From the IMG/VR virus record IMGVR_UViG_2848092901_000003, positions 18,022 through 82,021 of that record: DNA of 64,000 nt, one strand, 5' to 3'. Position 1 is the stretch's first letter. Every line of letters begins with the position of its first letter. This document shows, piece by piece, positions 17,616-27,363 of this stretch. The notes below the pieces were generated by a model. It had not been told where the DNA came from. It did not search any database and worked only from the letters and a program-made list of their open reading frames with translations. A program made the position numbers and the translations under genes. Origin of the DNA: a virus. Taxonomy: Duplodnaviria > Caudoviricetes.

Positions 17616-20276
17616 GTGGCGGATAATTTTGGCCTGAAAATCGGCATTGAGGGCGAGAAGGAATTTAAAAAGGCTCTTTCAGAGATCAACCAGTCCTTCA
17701 AGGTGCTGGGTTCCGAGATGAAGCTGGTTTCCTCTCAGTTTGACGCCAACGATAAATCCATCCAGGCGCTTTCCGCAAGGAATACCGTTCTGAACAAAGA
17801 AATCGACGCCCAGCGCCAGAAAATTGAAACGCTGCGGGCTGCCCTCCAGAACGCTTCCGAGTCCTTTGGGGAAAATGACCGCCGGACGCAGAACTGGCAG
17901 ATCCAGCTTAACAATGCGGAAGCCGCCTTAAACGGCATGGAGCGGGAGCTTTCCGCCAACGAGCGGGCGATGGAATCCCTTTCCCAGCAGGAAACGGAGG
18001 CGGCGGACGCTACAGAGCGGCTCTCCCAGGAGATTTCCCGGCAGGAGGATGAACTTGCCGGGATGAAACGCGCCTATTCCAACGCCGTGCTGGAGTATGG
18101 AAAAGGTTCCAGCGAGGCAAAGGAGCTGGAAGGGCGTATTTCCCAGCTTTCCGGGGAACTGAGGGAAAACCGGGAGCGGATGAAGGATGCCGGGGATGTG
18201 GCGGAGGATTTCGGCGATTCCCTGGAGGACGCATCCAACAGGGCGGATAAATTGGGCTCCGGCCTTTCGGTCGCTACGGTGGCGATGGGCAACCTCATCT
18301 CTTCCGGCATCCAGGCGGCATTGAGCGGAATCCAGGAGCTTGGCAGCGCCATCTGGAACCTGGACGAAGCCACCGAGGAATACCGGGTGGCCCAGGGCAA
18401 GCTCACCACCGCCTTTGAAGCGGCGGGATACAGCGGGGACGCAGCGCAGAAATCCTATACAGAATTTTATAAAATCCTGGGCGATACGGATACCGCCACC
18501 GAAGCCTCCCAGCTTTTGGCGCAGCTTGCCCAAAACGAGCAGGACATTACCAAGTGGACGAATATCGCGGCCGGCGTCTACGGCACCTTCGGCGATGCAC
18601 TCCCCATCGAGGGCATGATCGAGTCCGCCAATGAGACCGCCAAGGTCGGGCAGGTCACCGGTTCCCTGGCGGACGCCTTAAACTGGGTGGGTATCAGCGA
18701 GGATGCCTTCAATGAAAAGCTGGCGGCCTGTTCCAGTGAAAGTGAACGGAACCGTCTCATCATGGATACCCTCTCCGGGGCCTATGACGAGGCGAGCAGC
18801 GCCTTTTACCGCAACAACGAGGCGCTGGTGGCATCACGGGAAGGCCAGGCGCAGCTTGACGAAACCCTGGCAGGGCTTGGGGAGACCATTTCCAATGTGA
18901 AAAATAACCTCCGGGCAGAGTTCCTCCCGGCAATCTCAGAAGTCATCTCCGCGTTTACCGACATGGTAAACGGCGTGGACGGGGCGGATGAAGCCTTTGC
19001 CGGAGCTATTACCGGGCTGGTAAACACGGCGGTTTCCATGCTGCCGCAGTTTGTGGATACCGGGATGCAGATGCTGACCTCGCTGCTCTCCGGCATCATC
19101 CAGAGCCTTCCGGCTGTAATGGAAGGCGCGGCGCAGATCATCGTCACGCTGGCCCAGGGCATTGCGGCGGCGGTTCCCACCCTGATCCCGCAGATTGTCC
19201 TGGTGGTTACCCAGATCGTGCAGACCTTAATCGAAAACCTGCCGATGATTCTGGACGCGGCACTGCAGCTTATCACGGGGCTGGCCCAGGGGCTATTAAA
19301 TGCCATCCCGGTCCTGATTGCGGCCCTGCCCGCTATTATTACGGCGATTGTGGAGTTTATCGTAGGGGCGATCCCCCAGATCATCAATGCCGGGATACAG
19401 CTGTTGACCTCGCTGGTCTCCGCGCTGCCGGAGATCATTACGGCCATTGTGGCGTCGATTCCACAGATTATTGACGGGCTGGTAACGGCGATCCTCGGCA
19501 GTATCCCCCAGATCATTGACGCGGGCGTGAACCTGCTGATCTCCCTGATCCAGAGCCTGCCTACCATTATTACCACCATTGTGGGGGCGATCCCGCAGAT
19601 TATTTCCTCGTTGGTGAACGCCATCCTGAACAGCATCCCCCAGATCATACAGGCAGGCGTTCAGCTATTCGTGTCGCTGATCCAAAACCTGCCCACCATC
19701 ATCATGGAGATTGTAAAGGCAGTGCCGCAGATCATCGCGGGAATTGTGAACGCCTTCACCTCGTCTATGGGGCAGATTGTCAATATCGGTAAGAACATCG
19801 TGCAGGGGCTGTGGCAGGGTATCCAGAGCCTTGCCGGATGGATCTGGGACAAGGTTTCCGGCTGGATTTCCGGCATCTGGGACGGGATCTGCGGTTTCTT
19901 TGGCATCAACTCTCCATCCAGGGAAATGGCCTGGGTAGGCGAAATGCTGGGCAGGGGTCTTGCCGGCGGCATCGAGGACAGCGCCGGCGAAGCGGTCAGC
20001 GCCGCAGAGGATTTGAACAACGGCATTCTGGGCGTGATGAACGGGCTGGCGGCGGATATGCAGTCCGCTGTTCCCTCGAACTTTGCCTTTGACGCCGGCG
20101 GGACGATCCGCTCCGCGTCCGGCGGCATGAACAGTGGGGGCGCATCCTTTGGAACCCTCATTACCATCCAGCAGATGATTGTCCGCAGCGAGGATGACAT
20201 CCGCAGGATTTCCCAGGAACTCTACAATCTCATGCAGGTCGGCTCCCGCGCACAGGGACGCATCATTACAGCCTAA
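17616..20276 (+). CDS. Tape measure protein
   Basis: Long helical ORF with amphipathic (A/S)IPQII.AG..L repeats, after the chaperone genes. Confidence 0.92.
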   Translation: MADNFGLKIGIEGEKEFKKALSEINQSFKVLGSEMKLVSSQFDANDKSIQALSARNTVLNKEIDAQRQKIETLRAALQNASESFGENDRRTQNWQIQLNNAEAALNGMERELSANERAMESLSQQETEAADATERLSQEISRQEDELAGMKRAYSNAVLEYGKGSSEAKELEGRISQLSGELRENRERMKDAGDVAEDFGDSLEDASNRADKLGSGLSVATVAMGNLISSGIQAALSGIQELGSAIWNLDEATEEYRVAQGKLTTAFEAAGYSGDAAQKSYTEFYKILGDTDTATEASQLLAQLAQNEQDITKWTNIAAGVYGTFGDALPIEGMIESANETAKVGQVTGSLADALNWVGISEDAFNEKLAACSSESERNRLIMDTLSGAYDEASSAFYRNNEALVASREGQAQLDETLAGLGETISNVKNNLRAEFLPAISEVISAFTDMVNGVDGADEAFAGAITGLVNTAVSMLPQFVDTGMQMLTSLLSGIIQSLPAVMEGAAQIIVTLAQGIAAAVPTLIPQIVLVVTQIVQTLIENLPMILDAALQLITGLAQGLLNAIPVLIAALPAIITAIVEFIVGAIPQIINAGIQLLTSLVSALPEIITAIVASIPQIIDGLVTAILGSIPQIIDAGVNLLISLIQSLPTIITTIVGAIPQIISSLVNAILNSIPQIIQAGVQLFVSLIQNLPTIIMEIVKAVPQIIAGIVNAFTSSMGQIVNIGKNIVQGLWQGIQSLAGWIWDKVSGWISGIWDGICGFFGINSPSREMAWVGEMLGRGLAGGIEDSAGEAVSAAEDLNNGILGVMNGLAADMQSAVPSNFAFDAGGTIRSASGGMNSGGASFGTLITIQQMIVRSEDDIRRISQELYNLMQVGSRAQGRIITA

Positions 20277-20291
20277 GAGGAGGTGGAACTT

Positions 20292-21059
20292 ATGGGCTTT
20301 CAATACAACGGAATTTCTTCTCAGTCCATGGATATCAAGGCCCGTCTTACCGGCTGGCAGATGGTTCCCACTCTTCGGAGCAATACGGAAACTGTCCCCG
20401 GCAAAGCGGGCCTTGCGGACTTTGGGGCAGACAGCGGTGAGCGGTACATCGATGTTTCCTGCAATGTCTATCCACAGAAAACCTTTGCCGGTTTGGTGGC
20501 GGTTTTAGATCAGGCGGCGGCATGGCTCGACCCTACGGCGGGGACAAAACAGCTTGTACTGGACGATGTGCCGGACCGGTATTTTATGGCCCGGCTTTCC
20601 GATACGGTGGATTGTGAACGGCTCCTGCGGTCGGCCGGTTCCTTTACCCTCCGTTTTCTTTGCCCCGACCCTTATGGTTACGCACTGGATGATGAAACCT
20701 TTACCCTCTCCCAGGCGGGGGAGCATGAGGTGGAGCGTGAAATCGGAAACACAGACTCCGAGCCGGTGTATTCTCTGCAAGGAACAATTTCCTCTGGCGC
20801 GATTGTACTCACGACCAATGGAGAAAACCTGCGAGTGGTTGGCCCGCTGGTTGCGGGGGAAGTGCTGGTAATCGACACCGGCATGGTCACAGCCAAAGTG
20901 ACGGACAGCGCGGGCAATACCCTGCGAAACGGCCTGTCCTGTTTGGAGGAGCTGAATTTCCCGGTACTGCGCCGGGGTGTGAATGAGGTTGATATCGCGG
21001 TTGAAGGCAGCGCCGTTTTTACCGAACTTCACATACAGGCAAAGAGCCGATGGAGGTAA
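20292..21059 (+). CDS. Distal tail protein (Dit)
   Basis: Follows tape measure; FTLRFLCPDPYGY; FPVLRRGVNEV. Confidence 0.85.
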   Translation: MGFQYNGISSQSMDIKARLTGWQMVPTLRSNTETVPGKAGLADFGADSGERYIDVSCNVYPQKTFAGLVAVLDQAAAWLDPTAGTKQLVLDDVPDRYFMARLSDTVDCERLLRSAGSFTLRFLCPDPYGYALDDETFTLSQAGEHEVEREIGNTDSEPVYSLQGTISSGAIVLTTNGENLRVVGPLVAGEVLVIDTGMVTAKVTDSAGNTLRNGLSCLEELNFPVLRRGVNEVDIAVEGSAVFTELHIQAKSRWR

Positions 21060-21062
21060 GCG

Positions 21063-23585
21063 ATGGCAGTAAAAACTACTTTGACTGCGCAGGAGGACTT
21101 TACCGGGGAATTTCCATCTGAATGGGCAGGCTCCGGCCTCTGGCGCTTTAACGAGTCCGAACCGGACAGCAACGACCGGCTGATGGATTCTTCCGGCAAT
21201 GGCCGGGATTTCAATATTATCAACTGGAGCGGCACCACGGCAAACCTGCTGGAAGGCTGGCGTGGACATTATTTCCGCTTCAACATCAATAACCCAACCT
21301 CGGAGAAAACATATCTTCAAGCCGTAAACGACGGCTCGATTTTCTCCTCGCTGGGGGAACGGATTGTGGTGGGCGGCTGGATGAACCCCACCATTTACTC
21401 GGTAGGCAATACCTTCTGCCCTATTTTTAACACAAGGCAGGGGCCGGGCCAGCCGATCCTGTATCTTTCGCTGTATTCCGGGCGGCCCCGCCTAATGCTC
21501 TATAATTCCTCCGGCTCCCTGATTTTGGACGAGTCGGTAACGCCCCCGTTTTCTCTGGCAAACAACGGCTGGTATTTCCTCGCCGCTGTGATCGAGCCGG
21601 ACGCATACAAAGCCTGCTATGTGGTAGGCGACCGCAGCACCGGTACAGTCTGGATCTCAAATGAGCTGACGATTGAGGGTGAACTGAACCGTTCCTGTAC
21701 CGCCGACCTTATCATGGGGATGCACGCTGACACCTATTATTACGCAGGCGGCTTTGATGATTGGTTTCTGGATACGGATTCCTCTTTGACTGCCGAAGAT
21801 CTGGCGGAATATTTTAAGGTCACTCTGTTTGCCAACGGCGGAGATATGTCCGGTGACGTGGATGCGCTCACCGAGCCGGGGAGCGTTACCCTTAGAAGCT
21901 CGGACGGAGCCTATCCATCCAGCGGGCAGCTTATTACAAAGGCGGCAGCCTGCTCCCTTTCCGGTACAGGACGCGTGGCTGCGACCAGCGAATATACAGC
22001 GGGCGTGACTGCCATTGAACAAGTGGAAACCTCCACTTCGGATGATTTGGAGGAATGGTCTGCCTGGCAGGCTATCGGCACCAGCGGCGAGCTACAATCT
22101 CCGAACCGGCAGTATATCCGCTTCCGTGTGACGCTTGCCACTGAGGATACCAGCCGAACTCCGAAGCTGTTGGAAATCCAGCTCCACGATATACCGAAGG
22201 CCCCCTATGAAAAGCTGGGCTTTGCGCGCCCGGTAGTGCTGGACGCAAACGGCGCTTGGGAAGCGGTTCTGGAAAATGCCTTTGATATTGTTGTCACCAG
22301 CGAAGTCAACGGGGCTGATACCATGGAATTTTATCTGCCTTTCCATGATCCCAAGCGGGCCATGCTGGACAATGAAAAGCAGGTGCAGATCGTCAATGAC
22401 ATTTACCGCATACGAACCCTCACCGATACGAAGGACACCGATGGCCGGATTGTGACGCAGATTTATGCCGAAGCTGCTTTTTATGACCTGTCCTTTTCTG
22501 AGGAAAAAGAAACGGTGGATTTTAACGCGGATACCGCCGAGGCTCCCATGCGCCACGCGCTGGAAGGCACCGGCTGGTCGGTGGGAACGGTCAACGTCAC
22601 CACTCTGCGCACATGGCAGTGTACGGAGAAAAACGCCCTTTCCATCCTGCGGGCCACGCAGAATATCCACGGCGGCGACCTGATTTTTGATTGCCCGAAC
22701 CGGCTCGTCCATCTTCTTACCTTTGGCGGGAATGACAGCGGCGCTCTGTTTGCATATCGCAAAAATCTCAAAAGTATTGAGCGGGTGGTGGATACCCGCA
22801 GCCTGGTAACAAGGCTCTATGCCTATGGCAAGGATGGAATGACGTTCGCCTCGATCAATGGCGGCAAGGACTATGTGGAGGATTTCTCCTATACCACCGA
22901 AGTACGCATTTCCACGCTGGACTGCTCGAACTTCACCAATCCCTATCAGATGCTGGAATACACGCAGATGCGGTTGGCGGAATATGCGCAGCCCCGCGTT
23001 TCCTATGTTCTCTCCGCAATGGATTTGTCGGCCCTTACCGGGTATGAGCATGAGGCGTGGGCGCTGGGCGACATTGTAACGGTGGATGATAAAGACCTCA
23101 ACCTGTCGGTAAAAACCCGCGTGGTGCGCCGCCAGTACAATTTGCAGGAGCCGTGGAAAACTGTGCTGGAACTTTCCACTACCCTTCGGGAACTGGGTGA
23201 TTCCTCCGCACAATGGGATAAGGCCGCCGATGTGCTGGCATCCACCGATGTGATTGACCGGCAGGAAGTAAAGGACTTGGTGCCTTTTAACCATCTGCGT
23301 AATTCCCGCGCCGACAGCGGCATGAATTACTGGACGAACTCCGGCTTTGAGGTGGATGCGGAAAACGGCGTTTCCGGTACGGCTTCCTTCAAGGCAGAGG
23401 GCGTTTTGGGTATGACAAAAAGCCTGACACAGACGGTCTACCCGGCCAGCCGCCGGAGCTATACCTTTTCAGCGCAGATTGCCTCGGAGGATTTGCAGAA
23501 AGGCCCCAGCGGGCAGGTCGGCATCGAAGTAACCTTTGAATATGAGGACGGTTCCACGGAAACGCGGTTCATCGACCTCTTTTAA
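21063..23585 (+). CDS. Tail spike/Tal-like protein with LamG and prophage-tail domains
   Basis: N-terminal LWRFNE LamG-like domain, central TRLYAYGKDG..INGGKDYVED domain, C-terminal partial CBM-like segment. Confidence 0.8.
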   Translation: MAVKTTLTAQEDFTGEFPSEWAGSGLWRFNESEPDSNDRLMDSSGNGRDFNIINWSGTTANLLEGWRGHYFRFNINNPTSEKTYLQAVNDGSIFSSLGERIVVGGWMNPTIYSVGNTFCPIFNTRQGPGQPILYLSLYSGRPRLMLYNSSGSLILDESVTPPFSLANNGWYFLAAVIEPDAYKACYVVGDRSTGTVWISNELTIEGELNRSCTADLIMGMHADTYYYAGGFDDWFLDTDSSLTAEDLAEYFKVTLFANGGDMSGDVDALTEPGSVTLRSSDGAYPSSGQLITKAAACSLSGTGRVAATSEYTAGVTAIEQVETSTSDDLEEWSAWQAIGTSGELQSPNRQYIRFRVTLATEDTSRTPKLLEIQLHDIPKAPYEKLGFARPVVLDANGAWEAVLENAFDIVVTSEVNGADTMEFYLPFHDPKRAMLDNEKQVQIVNDIYRIRTLTDTKDTDGRIVTQIYAEAAFYDLSFSEEKETVDFNADTAEAPMRHALEGTGWSVGTVNVTTLRTWQCTEKNALSILRATQNIHGGDLIFDCPNRLVHLLTFGGNDSGALFAYRKNLKSIERVVDTRSLVTRLYAYGKDGMTFASINGGKDYVEDFSYTTEVRISTLDCSNFTNPYQMLEYTQMRLAEYAQPRVSYVLSAMDLSALTGYEHEAWALGDIVTVDDKDLNLSVKTRVVRRQYNLQEPWKTVLELSTTLRELGDSSAQWDKAADVLASTDVIDRQEVKDLVPFNHLRNSRADSGMNYWTNSGFEVDAENGVSGTASFKAEGVLGMTKSLTQTVYPASRRSYTFSAQIASEDLQKGPSGQVGIEVTFEYEDGSTETRFIDLF

Positions 23586-23603
23586 TATAGAAGGGAGCGG
23601 CCT

Positions 23604-23798
23604 ATGGCTTCTTTTTCGCAAACTGCCACCGACCTGTCCCCCAAGGGGTACGGGAGGCTGCGTTCCATCACCATCCGGCTTTGTATTACGGATTGCACCG
23701 GCAGGGTGTATTTTACCGACATTATGGTGCAGGGTGGCTCCATTGCTACCGGCTGGGTGGGCCATCCCAGCGAAATCCAGTGGACGCTGGACGGGTAA
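23604..23798 (+). CDS. Small tail-associated protein
   Basis: 64 aa; SITIRLCITDCTGRVYFTDIMVQGG, paralogous to the start of the next ORF. Confidence 0.7.
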   Translation: MASFSQTATDLSPKGYGRLRSITIRLCITDCTGRVYFTDIMVQGGSIATGWVGHPSEIQWTLDG

Positions 23799-23808
23799 GG
23801 AGGCTGGC

Positions 23809-24387
23809 ATGGCGGAATTTACTCGATTTTCAGAAACAATTTTGACAAAACAGGATCAGCGGGTGGTAAGCATCACCGTGAAGCCGATGATTTCTGATTG
23901 TACAGGCCGGATTTACTTCACCGACCTGATGGTACAGGAAGGCGACCGGCTCACAGGTTATGTGATAAATACAGAAACAATTCTGCAAAAATACCGGGAG
24001 GATGGCTCCATTGTTCCTCCCCGTTTCTACAACGGCGTGGTGCGCTCGGCGGAAACGGTGGTGCTATTCAACCTCGGCTCCGATACGGCGGGGCTGGACT
24101 GCTATCTCTACCCGGTGCAGGACATGGCGGCGGGCAGCATTTCCGTGGCTTTGGGCGCGGGCGCACACAAGGCAGCTTTCCCTGCTGCGGTAAGCGCCGG
24201 GGATGAGCTGGCCCTTCTGGCTTCTTCCCGGAAATGCCTGCTCAACGGAAGCCCCACGGAAAAGCGCGGCTTCTTTCAATACACGGCTGCCGGGGACAGC
24301 AAGCATCCGGTGACAGTAGAGGAGCATAAATCTGCCCGGCTGTTGTTTGAATTTCAGGAAATGCAGGAAGGCGGTGATCGGTTTTGA
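23809..24387 (+). CDS. Tail-associated protein
   Basis: AAGGAGG SD; SITVKPMISDCTGRIYFTDLMVQEG. Confidence 0.75.
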   Translation: MAEFTRFSETILTKQDQRVVSITVKPMISDCTGRIYFTDLMVQEGDRLTGYVINTETILQKYREDGSIVPPRFYNGVVRSAETVVLFNLGSDTAGLDCYLYPVQDMAAGSISVALGAGAHKAAFPAAVSAGDELALLASSRKCLLNGSPTEKRGFFQYTAAGDSKHPVTVEEHKSARLLFEFQEMQEGGDRF

Positions 24388-26858
24388 ACCGGGACTATCT
24401 AAAAGGAAGGCGGTGCATGGTCTGGTCGTTCATGCAGAACGCTCGGATGTACGAGGCTTTGCGGGACTATGGCGACCGGCTGGATACGGTGGGGATTTTT
24501 ACTTTTGAGGTGGATGCCACCGGGACGCTCTCGGAAACTGGCACAAGCATTTCCTCCATGATGACCTACATCAACAAGTGGCCGCACATTCACTGGATGC
24601 TGACCGTGATGAACCACGGGACAGCCAGTATTTTCACGGCTCTGCGCAATAACACAAACGGAGCAAAAGATAAGTTTTTAACCGAGCTGGTGCGCATCAT
24701 GGAAAAATACCCGTGGTGTGCCGGAGTGGACATTGATTTGGAGCGCGGCGGCGGATATGAGAACCGGGAAGCGGCAAACTCCTTATTTCAGGCTATTTAT
24801 CAGACGGTCAAAGCCTATGATTCCTCCAAACTCGTCAATATCTGCCTGCCCGGCATGACCGGCGTTCAGGGCAGTGTGGGCGGTGAAAACTGGTGCGTCT
24901 ATGCCGACCTCAACCCGTACTGCGACACGGCTTCTATTATGTCTTACGGCATGGCGTGGGCAGGCAGCGCCCCCGGCCCCGTATCTCCCCGGAGCTGGTT
25001 GGAGGGCATTTACGATTACGCGGTCACGGCGATGTCCCCGGAAAAGATTTTCATGGGCCTGCCGGGATACGGCTGGAACTGGCAGATATACGACACCCCA
25101 GAGAACTTGGGCGAAACTTACCGAGGGATTTCCAACACCTACTATGCCGCCAAGCTCTGGATGACTGGCGGCTACAACTTTACCGGGGATGCGCCGCCCC
25201 AGCCCATGATCCCCATTATTGCCTATTGGGACGATGTAGATATGGTGCCGTGGGCGCTTCCGCAGGTATATGACTACATGGAAGGATGGGATGCTTCCTC
25301 AGTAACTTCGCCCCTGCAGCAGGAAGTCTATAACCGCAGGCGGTATCTGACCTGTTACGGGAAGGAGCAAAAGACCTCCTTCGGCACAATCTACATTGAC
25401 CGTGGCGGCGGCACACCGGATTCCTACACCGGGCTTGCCACTGTGTCCGATTACATGACGGTTCTCGGTGAGGGCGCGACAGCAACCTTTCATTTTACGA
25501 TTGAGCAGGCTGGCGCCTATGACATAGCGGTACGGCTTGCTTTTCCTTTTTGGGATAAAAACGCGCTGAATGTGGCTGTGGACGGAAGCTCAAAGACCTT
25601 TTCGGAGAGCCGCCTGTGGTGGCCATACTGGCGGCGCACCTGCTGGCTTTCCTTTGCTTCCGGCAGGAACCTCTCCGCAGGCAGCCATACGCTTACGATC
25701 AGCGGCGGCGTTCCCGGTGTACAGTTTTACGGTTTCCGGGTATGCAGCAGCTTTTCTGAGGAACCGTCTGCCGGAGAGGCGGCGTTTACCCTCTCACCCC
25801 GGCAGTTTCTGGATGTGAACGGCGATCCGGCCACACCGGACAAGGGCTTTAAGCTCACCTGTGAAATGCTCCGGCGAAAACCGGATTCGGCGCTGGTATG
25901 GTATGAGGACTTCCGGGATGATACCCCTCTGCCGGACAGCTACTGGACGACGCTCTCCGGGGAATGGTCGGTGTGGAGGGAAAGCTACACCACCGAGAAC
26001 CGGCCATATTCCTTGCTGGAAGGCTCCGGCAAGCTGGCATGGAAATATGATGGATTCTCCGACCTGCATATCCGGGCGCGGGTGGGTTTTCCACAGAATG
26101 GCGGCGGACGGGCCGGGGTATTCCTTGGAAACCTGTTCTGCTGCTTAAACTACGATACTCAGCGGGTGGAGCTATACCAAGGCTCCACGCTTTTGGGGAG
26201 CTACTCCACCAGCTTTTCCAAGACCCCGGATGCGCAGCTCCACAGCGATCCGACCGTCTATACCATTGAGATGCGAAAGCGTGGAAATAGAGTCCGGGTG
26301 TATTCCGGTTCCAGCTACACCCTGCGGTTTACCGCAACGGTGAGCGCTACCTCCGGCTATGCGGGGATACAGGCGGACAATGAGATCGTCTGCGACCTGC
26401 TGCGGGCCGGTGATGCCTGGTCTTATGAACCCTATGAGTGTTTTGACGTGGTGTATCCGGACGGGGTGCGCACCAGCTTCGGGAGGATTGCCCGCTCTGG
26501 CGTGACGTGGGACGAGGAATTTCAGATTTTCTCAGTGAACAGCGACGTGGATGAAGGTTCCACCCGCAGCGAGGATATTTCCCTCGACTATGATTTCTTT
26601 CACTCCCACCTGCTGGAAATTTCCTGCGGGAATGATTACACAGCCAAGGTGATCCCACGGGATATAAACGTCTGGACTGCCCGGCTGTTCTTGGGCGATG
26701 CGGACGGCTTTTCGATTCTTTACTATCAGGACGTGGATTCGCTGGTATATTGGGCCAACGAGGCTGCTTACCGGTGGGGCCTGCGCGGCATTGCAATCTG
26801 GTCTTTAGGACAGGAGGATATGCGGCTGTGGGAGGTCATGCCGAAACAAATAGAATAA
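24384..26858 (+). CDS. GH18 glycoside hydrolase with large internal carbohydrate-binding insertion
   Basis: DIDLE (DxDxE) at ~24729, IMSYG, IFMGLPGYG, and C-terminal GLRGIAIWSLGQED. Confidence 0.85.
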   Translation: MNRDYLKGRRCMVWSFMQNARMYEALRDYGDRLDTVGIFTFEVDATGTLSETGTSISSMMTYINKWPHIHWMLTVMNHGTASIFTALRNNTNGAKDKFLTELVRIMEKYPWCAGVDIDLERGGGYENREAANSLFQAIYQTVKAYDSSKLVNICLPGMTGVQGSVGGENWCVYADLNPYCDTASIMSYGMAWAGSAPGPVSPRSWLEGIYDYAVTAMSPEKIFMGLPGYGWNWQIYDTPENLGETYRGISNTYYAAKLWMTGGYNFTGDAPPQPMIPIIAYWDDVDMVPWALPQVYDYMEGWDASSVTSPLQQEVYNRRRYLTCYGKEQKTSFGTIYIDRGGGTPDSYTGLATVSDYMTVLGEGATATFHFTIEQAGAYDIAVRLAFPFWDKNALNVAVDGSSKTFSESRLWWPYWRRTCWLSFASGRNLSAGSHTLTISGGVPGVQFYGFRVCSSFSEEPSAGEAAFTLSPRQFLDVNGDPATPDKGFKLTCEMLRRKPDSALVWYEDFRDDTPLPDSYWTTLSGEWSVWRESYTTENRPYSLLEGSGKLAWKYDGFSDLHIRARVGFPQNGGGRAGVFLGNLFCCLNYDTQRVELYQGSTLLGSYSTSFSKTPDAQLHSDPTVYTIEMRKRGNRVRVYSGSSYTLRFTATVSATSGYAGIQADNEIVCDLLRAGDAWSYEPYECFDVVYPDGVRTSFGRIARSGVTWDEEFQIFSVNSDVDEGSTRSEDISLDYDFFHSHLLEISCGNDYTAKVIPRDINVWTARLFLGDADGFSILYYQDVDSLVYWANEAAYRWGLRGIAIWSLGQEDMRLWEVMPKQIE

Positions 26859-26938
26859 ATCATGGGAACTGGCGACTGTCCTGCGGGGCGGCCGCTTTTT
26901 TCATACACAAAATCATTTCAGGAAACGGAGGTATCAAC

Positions 26939-27361
26939 ATGAAAGAACTTTGGAACACGGCGCAGGTGATCTTTGCGGCAATCGGAGGATGGCTGGGCTA
27001 CTTCCTGGGCGGCTGCGACGGGCTGCTCATCGCCCTAGTGGTGTTCGTGGCGGTGGACTATCTCACTGGCGTGATATGCGCTGTCTCGGACAAGAAGTTG
27101 TCCAGCGAGGTGGGTTTTAAGGGCATCTGCCGGAAGGTGCTGATCTTTCTGCTGGTGGGGATCGCCAACATCGTGGATGTACAGGTTATCGGCACAGGCT
27201 CGGTGCTTCGCACGGCGGTCATTTTCTTTTATCTCTCCAACGAGGGCGTGAGCCTGCTGGAGAACGCGGCGCACCTGGGGCTTCCCGTGCCGGAAAAGAT
27301 GAAGGACATCCTGGCGCAGCTCCATGACCGGGCGGAAAATACAGAAAGCGAGGGAAAATAA
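26939..27361 (+). CDS. Holin (phage holin family 4-like)
   Basis: Three hydrophobic segments, DYLTGV and NEGVSLLENAAHLGLPVP; precedes the endolysin. Confidence 0.9.
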   Translation: MKELWNTAQVIFAAIGGWLGYFLGGCDGLLIALVVFVAVDYLTGVICAVSDKKLSSEVGFKGICRKVLIFLLVGIANIVDVQVIGTGSVLRTAVIFFYLSNEGVSLLENAAHLGLPVPEKMKDILAQLHDRAENTESEGK

Positions 27362-27363
27362 CT

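Noticed and set aside
19100-19800. Periodic repeats in the tape measure gene as a possible repeat array
   Set aside because: Degenerate protein-level amphipathic repeats, normal for tape measures; no identical DNA repeats with spacers, so not CRISPR.
21063-26858. Diversity-generating retroelement acting on tail genes
   Set aside because: No reverse transcriptase and no TR/VR pair differing at adenines; the paralogous motifs at 23604 and 23809 are too diverged.
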